Below are positions 18,210 to 27,799 of a stretch of 64,000 nucleotides of DNA, piece by piece. This stretch comes from Acidimicrobiia bacterium (lineage in GTDB: Bacteria; Actinomycetota; Acidimicrobiia; Spongiisociales; ZC4RG35), in assembly GCA_050741915.1 (NCBI GenBank), contig JBOGEX010000106.1, forward strand, positions 702-64,701. Direction: 5' to 3'. The notes under the pieces are model-generated. The model saw nothing but the letters and a program-made list of their open reading frames with translations. It ran no database searches and was not told the DNA's origin. The first letter of the stretch is position 1, and the number at the start of each line of letters is the position of its first letter. A program made the translations under genes and the position numbers.

Positions 18210-19496
18210 ATGAAACGATCCTGGCTTGCTGGGGCGGCGGTGCTGTTGCTGGTGCTCAGCGCCTGCGCTACTCAGCCCGCCGCCACCACCTCGTCAACCG
18301 AACCGCCGGTGGCGACCACCGCCGGAGAAGGCGTCACCACCACGGCGGCTGAATCGTCTACCACCGCCACTCCCACCGCTGAAGGCCTCAGGTTTGGAAT
18401 GATCCTCGTCGGCCCCCAGGACGACCATGGCTGGTCCCAGGCGCATTTAGAAGCAGGTCAGTATCTCGAAGAAAACCTCGGCGCGGAGATGATCGTCCTC
18501 GACAAGGTCAACGTTGCCGACCGGCCAGATACCACGGTCGAACAAGTCGTCGACGACATGGTTGCTCAAGGAGCGCAACTGATCTTCGCCACCTCCGACG
18601 ACATGAAGGACGGGATCCTCGCTGGGGCCGCCAACCATCCCGATGTCCCCATGATCTGGTCCTCTGGGGACAATGCCTGGGCCGACGGAGAGGACTATCG
18701 GGCCGACCTCGCCAACCTCGGCAACATCATGGGCGAAATGGAGTACGGCAAGATGATTGCCGGCTGCGCCGCCGCCCTGAAGACAGAGACGGGCTCGATT
18801 GGCTTCCTCGGTCCACTCATCAACGACGAAACCCGACGGCTGGCCAACGCCGCCTATCTGGGTGCCCGCTATTGCTACGAGAACAACCGCGGTCTCGATC
18901 CCGCCGACCTTCAATTCACGGTGAATTGGATCGGTTTCTGGTTCAACATTCCCGGCGTCACCCTCGATCCGACCCAGGTGACGAACGAGTTTTACGACGG
19001 CGGCGCCGACGTGGTCATCTCTGGCATCGACACAACGGAGGCGATAGTGCGGGCGGGACAACGAGCAGAAGCGGGAGAGACCGTGTGGGCCTTGCCCTAC
19101 GACTTCCGTGACGCCTGTGCCCAAGCCGAGGCCGCCTGTCTCGGGGTCCCTTTCTTCAACTGGGGGCCGGCCTATCTGCAAGTGGCCCAGTCGGTGATGG
19201 ACGGCAACTTCACCGCCGAATTCCAGTGGTTGGGACCGGATTGGGGCGACATCAACAACCCGGACACATCGATGATCGGCTTCACCAAAGGCGCCGCATT
19301 GACCGACGAGGAGTCGGCCAACCTCGATGAATTCATCGCCGGGTTGGGCGACGGATCCATCAACCTTTGGACCGGTCCCCTCAACTTCCAGGACGGCTCG
19401 GGCTATCTGGCCGAGGGTGAGACCGCCACGGCGCAGCAGATCTGGTACACCGACCAGCTCCTCGAAGGAATGGAAGGGGCCTCCTCGGCGGAGTAG
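18210..19496 (+). CDS. BMP-family ABC transporter substrate-binding lipoprotein (nucleoside/purine-type)
   Basis: ORF 18168..19496 trimmed to ATG 18210 (aaggag SD 12 nt upstream; MKRSWLAGAAVLLLVLSAC lipobox). Body FGMILVGPQDDHGWSQAH...LIFATSDD is typical of the Bmp/PnrA family. Confidence 0.85.
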   Translation: MKRSWLAGAAVLLLVLSACATQPAATTSSTEPPVATTAGEGVTTTAAESSTTATPTAEGLRFGMILVGPQDDHGWSQAHLEAGQYLEENLGAEMIVLDKVNVADRPDTTVEQVVDDMVAQGAQLIFATSDDMKDGILAGAANHPDVPMIWSSGDNAWADGEDYRADLANLGNIMGEMEYGKMIAGCAAALKTETGSIGFLGPLINDETRRLANAAYLGARYCYENNRGLDPADLQFTVNWIGFWFNIPGVTLDPTQVTNEFYDGGADVVISGIDTTEAIVRAGQRAEAGETVWALPYDFRDACAQAEAACLGVPFFNWGPAYLQVAQSVMDGNFTAEFQWLGPDWGDINNPDTSMIGFTKGAALTDEESANLDEFIAGLGDGSINLWTGPLNFQDGSGYLAEGETATAQQIWYTDQLLEGMEGASSAE

Positions 19497-19717
19497 ACAA
19501 GAGACGAGAGGCAGAAGACCTCAAACGTCAACCCTGTTCCCCGCCAGGAACCGCCGCGCTCGCCGGGGCGCGAGGCTCGCCTCCACGTGGGTCTGGCTGA
19601 TTGCTGTTGCACCTCCCATGCTTGGGCGGTCCTGATCAGCACGCCCTTCCAGTCTCCTCCTCGGAGAGCGGCTTGGAGGGCGCGCCTAGAGGGTCTCAGC
19701 AACCTGGCGCTTGATGG

Positions 19718-20921
19718 ATGTCTTGTCGTCGTCGTCGCGGCCGCGACTCGATCGCGATATCCGCTGCGGACGAACCCGGATCGCGCAATCCCGGTGCGCT
19801 GGCCTACGGGCTCGCGGTCATGATGGCGACCGCACTCTTCGGTCGGCGGCGGTGGCCGGTTGGAGCGCTCCTGACAACGACGGCCATCTTCACTCTCCAC
19901 ACAAATTTCAACTACCCCGGCTTCTTCCCCGGGATTCCGCTCGCGGCGCCGCTCTACTTTGCAGCTCTAGCAGGACCTCTCGGTTGGTGCTTGGCCGTCA
20001 GCGCCCTCGAGGTTGGCGGCAGCTCCTGTATCGACTTTTGATCGGCCCGGAACCCGTGACCCGAGTGATCAACGACACACTGAGCGACGGGGCGTTCTTG
20101 GCCGCGATTCTCCTGTTGGGCTCGGTCGTCCAGGGCCGGCGCATCCAGGCGGCCGACGCGGCCGACCGGCTCCATCGCGCAAAGGCTGAAAGCGAGCGCG
20201 TGGCCCAGGAGCTCCAGGTCGCGCGTCTCGTGCAACACCAGTTCCTGCCGGCTCCCCCGACCTTCCCGGCTGGCAACTTGCCGCCTTCTATCGATCGGCG
20301 CGTGAGATCGGTGGGGATTTCTACACCTTTATCGAGCTGGCCGCCGGAAAGATGGGCATCGCCATCGGCGACGTCACCGACCAGGGCGCGCCGGCCGCCC
20401 TCGTGATGGCGACGACTCTATCGTTACTGCGCGCAGAGGCTTCGAGGGTCGTATCGCCTTCGGCGGTGCTGGAAAAGGTCAACGAGGTGCTCGTCCTGAA
20501 TACACCGGAGAGCATGTTCGTTACCTGTCTATACATGGTCCTTGACCCCGAGTCCGGTCACTCGCAGTACGCGAACGTGGGGCACAATCTGCCGTTCGTT
20601 CGCACCGACTCTGGCGTTGGGGAGCTACGCGCCCCGGGGGATGCCCCTCGGCCTCATGCCCGGCATGACATACGAGGAAAAGGAGGCGGTACGCCGCCGG
20701 GCGCGACGATGCTCCTCCACTCGGACGGTCTTGCCGAAGCCCATAACCGCGACCACGAGATGTTCGGATTCCCGCGGATGAAGCAGCTAATGGTTGAACA
20801 GGCCGCCAGTGGCGAGATCATCGACGTTCTTCTGTCCGAGTTCGACCGCTTCACGGGCGAGGACGCAGAGCAAGAGGACGACATCACGCTGGTCGCCGTC
20901 ACGCGCCAGCCGTTCCGATGA
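19718..20921 (+). pseudogene. membrane-anchored SpoIIE/PP2C-family serine phosphatase, disrupted by at least four frame changes
   Basis: Homology jumps between ORFs 19718..20041, 19711..20406, 20352..20921 and 20542..20781. The sequence FPAG / QLAAFYRSAREIGGDFYTF is split near 20275. VGELRAPG / MPLGLMPGMTYEEKEAV / PPGATMLLHSDGLAEA is split near 20636 and 20690. A TM region / linker is split near 20020. Confidence 0.7.
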
Positions 20922-21165
20922 CGGCTTCGAGTCGTCGACGGATCATCGACCGTCCCCGCGACTCCAGTCCTGGCGGATAACATCCGACCGTGCCGCTGAC
21001 CATGGCCGATCTTGAACTGACGGGCCGCTGATCATGGGATGGTGGTAGATGGAGACCCGGCCTCCCGACTTCGGTGGAGTTTCAGCGCCGGCCCGAATTC
21101 TGATACCTGATGGCTGGTATCTGATCTCTGTTGTCGTCTATCTGTTGTCTTTCATCACTTGTCTT

Positions 21166-21171
21166 TAGTCT
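21166..21171 (+). promoter_or_regulatory. candidate -10 hexamer (TAGTCT, TANNNT type) for a leaderless ABC-ATPase mRNA
   Basis: The hexamer ends 6 nt before GTG 21178 and there is no SD. It sits in the most AT/T-rich stretch of the window (21100-21177), which has repeated TTGTCKT motifs. Confidence 0.3.
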
Positions 21172-21177
21172 TTCCGT

Positions 21178-22632
21178 GTGTCTCTCTCGATTCGCGGGAT
21201 CACCAAGCGATTTGGTGATCTGACCGCCAACGATGACATCAACCTCGACTTGGAGCCGGGGGCTTTGCATGCTGTCCTCGGCGAGAACGGCGCCGGCAAG
21301 TCGACCTTGATGAAGATCCTGGCCGGGACTGTGCATCCCGACCAAGGTGAGGTGGCGATTGACGGGATCGCGGTGACGCTGGGTTCTCCCCGGGCTTGCC
21401 TGGCGGCAGGGATCGGGATGCTGGCGCAAGAACCGATGGTGTGCCTCCCTTTCACCAACCGAGAGAACTTCCGCTTAGCCAGTAGCTGGAGCCTGCAGGA
21501 GGCAGGCGATCTTCTCATCGAGGGAAGCCGGCGACTGGGCTTTCGCCTGAAGCCAGGGTCGATCACCCGCACCCTGGGAGTGGGGGAACGCCAGCAGTTG
21601 GAGATGGTCAGATTGCTCGCTCGCGGGATCAACGTCTTGATCCTGGACGAACCCACCTCGGGATTGACTGGCCCACAACGAGAGCTGCTGTTCGAAGCCC
21701 TCCGCAGACTCGCCGCTGACGGTCTGATCGTGCTCTTCGTTTCGCACAAGCTGGAAGAGGTCAACGAGCTCTGTCGGTCGGTGACCGTGATGCGTCGGGG
21801 TCAGGTAGTCGCAACGACTTCGCTACCCCGCCCCGAAAGCGAGCTCGTCGACCTGATGTTCGAGGGTTCCCCGCTCGCCGTCAAGGCGGCGCCGGTGGCC
21901 AACGACCCCAACGTGGTGGTGGAGTCGCACGATGTCACGGCCACCTCGGGCCGGCAATCAATTACCTCGTTCGATGTTCACGCCTACGCCGGAGAGGTGA
22001 TCGGAATCGCGGGCTTGGAGGGAAGCGGCCAGGGCGCGTTGCTCAGAGCGCTGGCGGGGCTGGCCCACGTGAGCAATGGTCGCGTAATCGTCGACGGTGG
22101 TGATCTGACCAACAGGTCCCCGATCGAGTTCCGGAGACGGGGTGTGGCGTTCCTCTCGGGAGGTCGCCTGGAGGAGGGCCTGCTTCCCGGACTCACTATC
22201 GCCGAGCATTTCGAGCTGGCCGACGGTGAACGGCGATTGATCGACTGGAAGGCCGGTCTGGCCCGCGCGCGGGAAGGAATCGAAACGTTTCGGATCAAGG
22301 GTGGACCGCAGAGTTCGGTCAACGACCTCTCGGGTGGGAACCAGCAACGCTTGTTGCTCGCGCTTCTCCCTCCCAAGCTTCGACTCTTATTGATGGAACA
22401 CCCCACGCGCGGTCTTGATCTCGAATCGGCGGCGTATCTGTGGGGCCGACTGCGCGAACGCCGGCGGCACGGAACCGCGATCGTCTTTTCTTCTTCGGAC
22501 CTCGATGAAATCGTCACCTATGCCGACAGAGTGATGGTCGTCTTCGACGGCCGCGTGATCGCGCTGCGCTCATCTTCTGAGCTCACCCAGGATGAACTCG
22601 GCTTTCTCCTCGGGGGATTGGTCACGGCGTGA
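21178..22632 (+). CDS. ABC transporter ATP-binding protein, duplicated NBD (BMP/sugar-type)
   Basis: ORF 21178..22632 (484 aa, GTG). GENGAGKSTL Walker A, LSGGNQQR signature in the second half, two NBDs. Confidence 0.9.
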   Translation: MSLSIRGITKRFGDLTANDDINLDLEPGALHAVLGENGAGKSTLMKILAGTVHPDQGEVAIDGIAVTLGSPRACLAAGIGMLAQEPMVCLPFTNRENFRLASSWSLQEAGDLLIEGSRRLGFRLKPGSITRTLGVGERQQLEMVRLLARGINVLILDEPTSGLTGPQRELLFEALRRLAADGLIVLFVSHKLEEVNELCRSVTVMRRGQVVATTSLPRPESELVDLMFEGSPLAVKAAPVANDPNVVVESHDVTATSGRQSITSFDVHAYAGEVIGIAGLEGSGQGALLRALAGLAHVSNGRVIVDGGDLTNRSPIEFRRRGVAFLSGGRLEEGLLPGLTIAEHFELADGERRLIDWKAGLARAREGIETFRIKGGPQSSVNDLSGGNQQRLLLALLPPKLRLLLMEHPTRGLDLESAAYLWGRLRERRRHGTAIVFSSSDLDEIVTYADRVMVVFDGRVIALRSSSELTQDELGFLLGGLVTA

Positions 22633-23654
22633 CCCGCCGGTTGCTTTCGTTGGTAGTTCCCCTAGTGGCTGCATTTGGTGTTACCGCAGTCCTGTTGTTG
22701 GCAGCCGATGCACCACCACTGGAAGCACTGAAGCTGATCGGGGAAGGAGCTTTCTCGACTCCGGCCCGTATCGGCGACACGCTGACCGCCTGGGTGCCGC
22801 TCGGAATTGCCGCCTGCGGACTGGTCGTCACCTTCACCGCCGGGCTGTGGAACATCGGAGTCGAAGGCCAGATCATCGCTGGTGCGATCGCCGCCTCGTT
22901 CATCGCCCGCACCGCCCCCGGCGGCCGTCCACTGGTGCTGGCGCTCCTCCTCCTCGCGAGTGTGGCGGGAGGGGCGATGTGGGGATTGGCGGCGGGGCTG
23001 CTCCGGGTCAAAGGGAGAGTCAACGAGATATTCGGCGGCATCGGATTGGGCTTCGTTGCCCAAGCTTTGGCGACCTATCTCGTCATCGGTCCCTGGAAGC
23101 GCGCCGGCGTTGCCTCCACCTCGGGGACCGAACCCTTTCGCCAGGAGACCTGGCTCCCGACCCTGGGCAACACCCGGCTCTCTTTGGTGGGGTTGGTGCT
23201 CGTCGTAGTGAGCGTGATTGCTGTCGCCTTTACTCTTTTGGCCACACGATTCGGATTGCGACTTCGAGCCGTCGGGTCCAACCCCGAAAGCGCCCGGCTG
23301 CTCGGAGTACCGGCCTCCGCCACCTTGTTGCGGGCTTTCCTCGTCGGCGGGGGCTTCGCCGGGCTAGCTGGGGGGCTGATCGTCGCCGGACTCCAACACC
23401 GCCTGGTCCCCGCCATTGCCGGCGGGCGTGGTTTCCTCGCCATCCTGGTGGTGTTGTTGGCCCGGAACCGGGTCGTCTGGGTGGCGCCGATCGCCCTGTT
23501 CTTTGCCGCCATCTCCGTCGGCTCGACCCAGCTTCAGCTCGGGCTCGATCTCGATTCGTCCCTCGGTGGGGTGATCCAGGGTTTGCTGGTACTGACGGCG
23601 GTCCTTTTCGGGGGGTTCGAGCTTGCGAAACGGAGATCGGCGACCGTGGCGTGA
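22629..23654 (+). CDS. ABC transporter permease (BPD_transp_2 type)
   Basis: ORF 22629..23654 (341 aa), polytopic, 4-nt overlap with the ATPase gene. Confidence 0.85.
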   Translation: MTRRLLSLVVPLVAAFGVTAVLLLAADAPPLEALKLIGEGAFSTPARIGDTLTAWVPLGIAACGLVVTFTAGLWNIGVEGQIIAGAIAASFIARTAPGGRPLVLALLLLASVAGGAMWGLAAGLLRVKGRVNEIFGGIGLGFVAQALATYLVIGPWKRAGVASTSGTEPFRQETWLPTLGNTRLSLVGLVLVVVSVIAVAFTLLATRFGLRLRAVGSNPESARLLGVPASATLLRAFLVGGGFAGLAGGLIVAGLQHRLVPAIAGGRGFLAILVVLLARNRVVWVAPIALFFAAISVGSTQLQLGLDLDSSLGGVIQGLLVLTAVLFGGFELAKRRSATVA

Positions 23655-23663
23655 GAGTCTGAG

Positions 23664-24605
23664 ATGGAATCCACCCTGGCATCGATCATTGCCGCCGCCG
23701 CCCCCCTCGTTTATGTCGCAGTGGGCGAGACCATCACCGAACGGGCCGGAATCGTCAACCTTTCCCTCGACGGCTCGATCCTGATTTCGGCCATGTCCGG
23801 CTTCGCCATTGCCTTCATGACTGGAAGTGTCGGGCTGGGCTTCGTTTTAGCGGCGTCGGTGTCGGCCGCCATCGCCCTGCTGATTGCCTGGTCGGGCATC
23901 CAGCTCAAGCTGAACCAGATCGCGGTCGGGTTCGTGCTGGCCCTCCTGACCAGCGCGCTGGCGTCCTATCTGGGGGAAGGATTTGTTCACCGGCCCGGTC
24001 CTTCTGTGACCCCGCGGCCACTGCCGGGGCTGGTGGATCTGCCGGTAGTCGGTCGCGCTCTGTTCGGTCAGAACCTCTCGATTTATGGCTCACTGATCCT
24101 GGTAGTGGCGTCGGGTTGGTTTCTGGCCCGGAGCCGCTGGGGCCTAGAGCTGCGCTCGGTGGGGGAACGGCCGGAGGCCGCCCACGCCCGCGGCGTGAAC
24201 GTCAACCGTAATCGATACCTGGCGGCCCTGGTCGGCGGAGCTCTGGTGGGAGTGGGAGGGGCAGCGTTCTCACTCGACCAGAAACTCGGTTGGTCGGACG
24301 GGCATACGGCTGGATTCGGGTGGATCGCGCTCGCCATCGTCATCTTCGGAGGATGGCAACCATTGCGAGTCGCTCTCGGTTGCTACTTGTTCGGTGCCCT
24401 CCAAGTCGTGGCGCTGAGACTGCAGTCGCGCTTGCCGGGACTGGCGCAGATCCTGCCGTCGTTGCCATTTCCCCTGATGATCTTCGCGTTGGTTGTGGTC
24501 AACTCTCCTGCTCTCCGCAGGCTGGCTTTGCGCTCGCCGCGGATCAGCCGGTGGCTTCTGCCGGAAGCCCCCGCCGCCCTCGGCCGCAACTTCGTCGCCG
24601 AATGA
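23664..24605 (+). CDS. ABC transporter permease (second subunit)
   Basis: ORF 23664..24605 (313 aa), polytopic. ERAGIVNLSLDG near the N-terminus is typical of this permease family. Confidence 0.85.
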   Translation: MESTLASIIAAAAPLVYVAVGETITERAGIVNLSLDGSILISAMSGFAIAFMTGSVGLGFVLAASVSAAIALLIAWSGIQLKLNQIAVGFVLALLTSALASYLGEGFVHRPGPSVTPRPLPGLVDLPVVGRALFGQNLSIYGSLILVVASGWFLARSRWGLELRSVGERPEAAHARGVNVNRNRYLAALVGGALVGVGGAAFSLDQKLGWSDGHTAGFGWIALAIVIFGGWQPLRVALGCYLFGALQVVALRLQSRLPGLAQILPSLPFPLMIFALVVVNSPALRRLALRSPRISRWLLPEAPAALGRNFVAE

Positions 24606-25198
24606 AGCTCGTCCTCGCTTCCACCTCGCCCCGGCGTCGCGAGCTGCTCGAGGCATTGGGTTTGTCATTCGACGTGGTGGCCCCCGAGGTCGACGAGCTC
24701 CGGCTACCCGAGGAAGAGCCCTATGACTATGTCGAGCGGATTGCTCGCGCCAAGGCAACCGTGGTCGCGCGGCCAGAGACTGTGGTGGTGGGAGCCGATA
24801 CCACCGTCGTGATCGAAGGGCGGGTCCTGGGGAAACCTGCTCATCCGGAGGAGGCTCGCTCAATGCTGCGAAAGCTGTCTGGTCAGACCCACGACGTTCT
24901 TACCGGGGTGGCGGTAGCGCTCATGGACCAGAAGCTGCGGATGGTTTCGGCCGTCGAGTCGACCCTGGTTAGGTTTCTCGACTTGACCGAGGACGAGATC
25001 TCCGACTACGTCGCCACCGGGGAGCCGATGGACAAGGCGGGCGCCTATGCCCTGGGTGGGATTGGCGCCCTGTTCGTCGAAGGTGTCGATGGAAGCCCGT
25101 CGAGCGTCCGCGGGCTACCGCTGCACACGCTCGCCCGGCTGTTCCGGGCGCTCGAACTCGACCTGCTGTCCTTCCGCGAGCTGGCTCCGCCATGGTGA
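24602..25198 (+). CDS. maf: Maf-family nucleoside triphosphate pyrophosphatase
   Basis: ORF 24290..25198 trimmed to ATG 24602 (MKLVLASTSPRRRELLEALGL...GADTTVV...GKP...KAGAYALGG). ATGA overlap with the permease stop. Confidence 0.9.
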   Translation: MKLVLASTSPRRRELLEALGLSFDVVAPEVDELRLPEEEPYDYVERIARAKATVVARPETVVVGADTTVVIEGRVLGKPAHPEEARSMLRKLSGQTHDVLTGVAVALMDQKLRMVSAVESTLVRFLDLTEDEISDYVATGEPMDKAGAYALGGIGALFVEGVDGSPSSVRGLPLHTLARLFRALELDLLSFRELAPPW

Positions 25199-25323
25199 CA
25201 TGGCCCGCGGCGGCTGGAGATCGTGGTCGATAGCCACTACTACGAGGGCAATGGCACCACGGTTTGGGAGTACGTAAACAACGACATCGCCACAGCAATG
25301 GTTCTGACCGGAGGCTGCGGCGC

Positions 25324-26076
25324 TTAGTTCTTGATGGCCGCCATACGGACAATCCGCGATGGTTCGTCCGTCCAATCGGAAGTATCCGTTCCGTCCTCGA
25401 ATCTGAGGACTTTCAGCGCGGCATAGGCCTGGCGGAGTCGATCGGGGAGGATGTCAACCGGTCGAAGTGGCCGGTCCGAGTCGGGAGCGAAGCTCTCGGT
25501 GACGAGCAAGCCGCCGGGTCGGAGGGAATTCACCAGAGTCGTGGCGAATGAGACGTCGGTCACTGGAACCAGGGCGTAGGTCATCACGATCAGATCCCAT
25601 GCCTCCGAACCGTATTCGAACTCGTCGTGGGCGACGACCCGGGCGTCGATCGACAGTCCGTCTTTGGCCGCCTCTTGCAACGCCACGGCAATGCCTTCGC
25701 TGGAGACATCAAAGCCTGTCACCTCCCAGCCACGGGAAGCTAGGTAGAGGGCATTGCGACCCTGTCCCATGGCGATGTCGAGGGCGGTGCCGAGTGGTCG
25801 GCCATCGATCACTTCGACGAGAAGAGCGTTGGGCCGAGTGCTAAATCCCGGTTCGGGAGACGCGTAAATGCGGTCGAACATCGGTGCCGTCCAGTCCCGT
25901 CGCTCGGTAGCCATGGTCATGATCATGCGGATCGACTCTGACGCTTCCTCCTGCGACCGGCCCTCTTCCAGAAGTTCTTCCCGGAACCCAGCGAACAACA
26001 TACCTGGGTGGTTGGCAGCCGGGGCTCGCTCGATATAGGAAAGGAAGTCGGACCAGAGGCGCTCGTTGTCACTCAC
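25324..26076 (-). CDS. class I SAM-dependent methyltransferase
   Basis: ORF 25324..26076 (250 aa). Motif I-like ALDIAMGQGRNALYLASRGWEVTGFDVS, with downstream DLIVMTY and LRPGGLLV. Confidence 0.8.
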   Translation of the reverse strand: MSDNERLWSDFLSYIERAPAANHPGMLFAGFREELLEEGRSQEEASESIRMIMTMATERRDWTAPMFDRIYASPEPGFSTRPNALLVEVIDGRPLGTALDIAMGQGRNALYLASRGWEVTGFDVSSEGIAVALQEAAKDGLSIDARVVAHDEFEYGSEAWDLIVMTYALVPVTDVSFATTLVNSLRPGGLLVTESFAPDSDRPLRPVDILPDRLRQAYAALKVLRFEDGTDTSDWTDEPSRIVRMAAIKN

Positions 26077-26111
26077 GGTGCCACGCTAGACGTGGGTCTT
26101 ATCGTGAGACG

Positions 26112-27626
26112 GTGAGCACTCTGCTGACCGAGTTGATCGATACGTCCCGAGATGTGGGGGCGACGAGTTCTCGCAATGCCAAGACCGCGCGGTTGGCATC
26201 GTTCCTCAGCAGCTTGGATCCGGCGGTGCTTCCCACCGCCATCGGACTCTTGCGTGGTGAGCCCCGCCAGGGTCGAATCGGCGTGGGTTATGCCTCAGCC
26301 TTCGGAACGGCGGTCGACCCGGCTCCGACTCCGGGTCTCACGATTGCGGAAGTCGATGGCTACTTCGACCAACTCCAGGAAACTGTGGGCCCCGGTTCCC
26401 AATCCCAACGGGCCCGACTGCTTCGTGACCTCTTCGGCCGCGCAACGGCTGACGAACAGGACTTCCTCCGTCGCTCTCTGACCGGCGAGGTCCGCCAGGG
26501 CGCTTTGACAGGCTTACTCACTGAGGCCGTCGCCAAAGCGTTCGCAATTCCCGGGGCGGTGGTGCGCCGGGCCTCGATGTTGCGGGCCGACCTGGGCGAA
26601 GTCACTCGGGTCGCCGCCTCCGAGGGCAAGGCAGGGCTCCTCACGATTGGACTCCGAGTTCTTTCTCCTATCCAACCGATGCTGGCATCGCCGGCAGCGA
26701 GCATCGCCGAGTCGATCGAGGGTCCAACTTCGGTCGAATGGAAACTGGACGGAGCGCGGATTCAGGTTCATCGCCTGGATGATGAGGTGGTGGTGTACAC
26801 GCGCAATCTCAACGACATCACCCATCGCATGCCTGAGGTGGTGTCGGCTGTGATGGAGCTACCGGTGCGAGCTGTCGTCCTCGACGGAGAGGCCATGGCC
26901 CTGCGGGAGGATGGCACCCCCCAGCCCTTTCAGGAGACGATGAGCCGATTCGGGACCGAGGAGCGTGCCTTCGCCGAGGTTCCGGTGGTGCCGTTCTTCT
27001 TCGACGTCCTGCATCTCGACGGCGTCGATCTCATCGATCTTCCCTTGGTTGAGAGGCTCGTTTCCCTCGAGCGGGTCGTCCCGGAGAAGCGACGTTTGCC
27101 GCGCATCACTACCGATCAGGCTTCTTTGGCCGAGTCCTTTGCCGAAGGGGCGCTTGCGGCCGGACAGGAAGGGGTCATGGTCAAGGACCTCAATTCGTTG
27201 TACGAGGCTGGGAGGCGAGGAAAGTCCTGGCGCAAGGTGAAGCCGGTCCATACCTATGACCTAGTGGTGCTGGGGGCTGAGTGGGGTCATGGTCGCCGTT
27301 CCGGGTATTTGTCGAACATTCACCTTGGTGCCCGCGATGCCTCGACCGGCGAGTTCGTGATGGTGGGGAAGACCTTCAAAGGCATGACCGACGAGTTACT
27401 CGCCTGGCAGACCGAGTACTTTCCCACTCTGGAGACTCGTCGCGACCAGTGGGTGGTCTATCTCCGTCCGGAACAGGTCGTCGAAGTCTCGATCGATGGA
27501 GTCCAGGCTTCAACTCGCTACCCCGGGGGAGTCGCCCTGCGCTTCGCCCGCGTCAAGCGTTACCGATCGGACAAGCGCTCGGAGGATGCTGACACCATCC
27601 AGACGCTTCAGGCTCTCCTGGCCTAA
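26112..27626 (+). CDS. ATP-dependent DNA ligase, three-domain (LigB/Lig1-like)
   Basis: ORF 26112..27626 (504 aa, GTG). Adenylation motif I EWKLDGARIQVH, EGVMVK, WRKVKP, plus an N-terminal DNA-binding-domain-like region. Confidence 0.9.
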   Translation: MSTLLTELIDTSRDVGATSSRNAKTARLASFLSSLDPAVLPTAIGLLRGEPRQGRIGVGYASAFGTAVDPAPTPGLTIAEVDGYFDQLQETVGPGSQSQRARLLRDLFGRATADEQDFLRRSLTGEVRQGALTGLLTEAVAKAFAIPGAVVRRASMLRADLGEVTRVAASEGKAGLLTIGLRVLSPIQPMLASPAASIAESIEGPTSVEWKLDGARIQVHRLDDEVVVYTRNLNDITHRMPEVVSAVMELPVRAVVLDGEAMALREDGTPQPFQETMSRFGTEERAFAEVPVVPFFFDVLHLDGVDLIDLPLVERLVSLERVVPEKRRLPRITTDQASLAESFAEGALAAGQEGVMVKDLNSLYEAGRRGKSWRKVKPVHTYDLVVLGAEWGHGRRSGYLSNIHLGARDASTGEFVMVGKTFKGMTDELLAWQTEYFPTLETRRDQWVVYLRPEQVVEVSIDGVQASTRYPGGVALRFARVKRYRSDKRSEDADTIQTLQALLA

Positions 27627-27631
27627 CCCCC

Positions 27632-27679
27632 GTTTCTCCCCCCCAGGGGGGAGTACCGCCGCAGGCGAGGAGGGAGGAC
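27632..27679 (+). repeat. GC-rich structured intergenic repeat, family Y
   Basis: gtttctcccccccaggggggagtaccgccgcaggcgaggagggaggac, starting 6 nt after the ligase stop. Confidence 0.8.
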
Positions 27680-27682
27680 TCG

Positions 27683-27742
27683 CTGGGGGGAGAAGCCCCC
27701 CTCGGCCCTTCGGGCCACTCCCCTCAACGCTGGCTTCGCTCG
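27683..27742 (+). repeat. GC-rich structured intergenic repeat, family X
   Basis: ctggggggagaagcccccctcggcccttcgggccactcccctcaacgctggcttcgctcg. Reverse-complement copies are at 41397-41457 and 53455-53524. Confidence 0.8.
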
Positions 27743-27799
27743 GGCGGGGAAAAAACACGACCCTCTCGACACCGATTTCGGTGAGTTGTATAAGAAGGC

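Noticed and set aside
21100-21177. T-rich repeated TTGTCKT leader as a riboswitch or attenuator.
   Set aside because: I see no terminator/antiterminator pair, no leader peptide and no match to a known riboswitch core. A simple AT-rich promoter for a leaderless mRNA is the more economical reading. It is kept only as context in a finding.
27626-27770. Reading the C-run/G-run repeats as the actinobacterial 6C sRNA, as G-quadruplex elements, or as small proteins (track ORFs 27510..27758, 41181..41510, 41256..41462, 53463..53696).
   Set aside because: They are multi-copy and occur in both orientations, unlike a single-copy 6C gene. G4 formation is speculative without computation. The ORFs crossing them have no start/stop conservation between copies and encode low-complexity Pro/Gly/Arg peptides.
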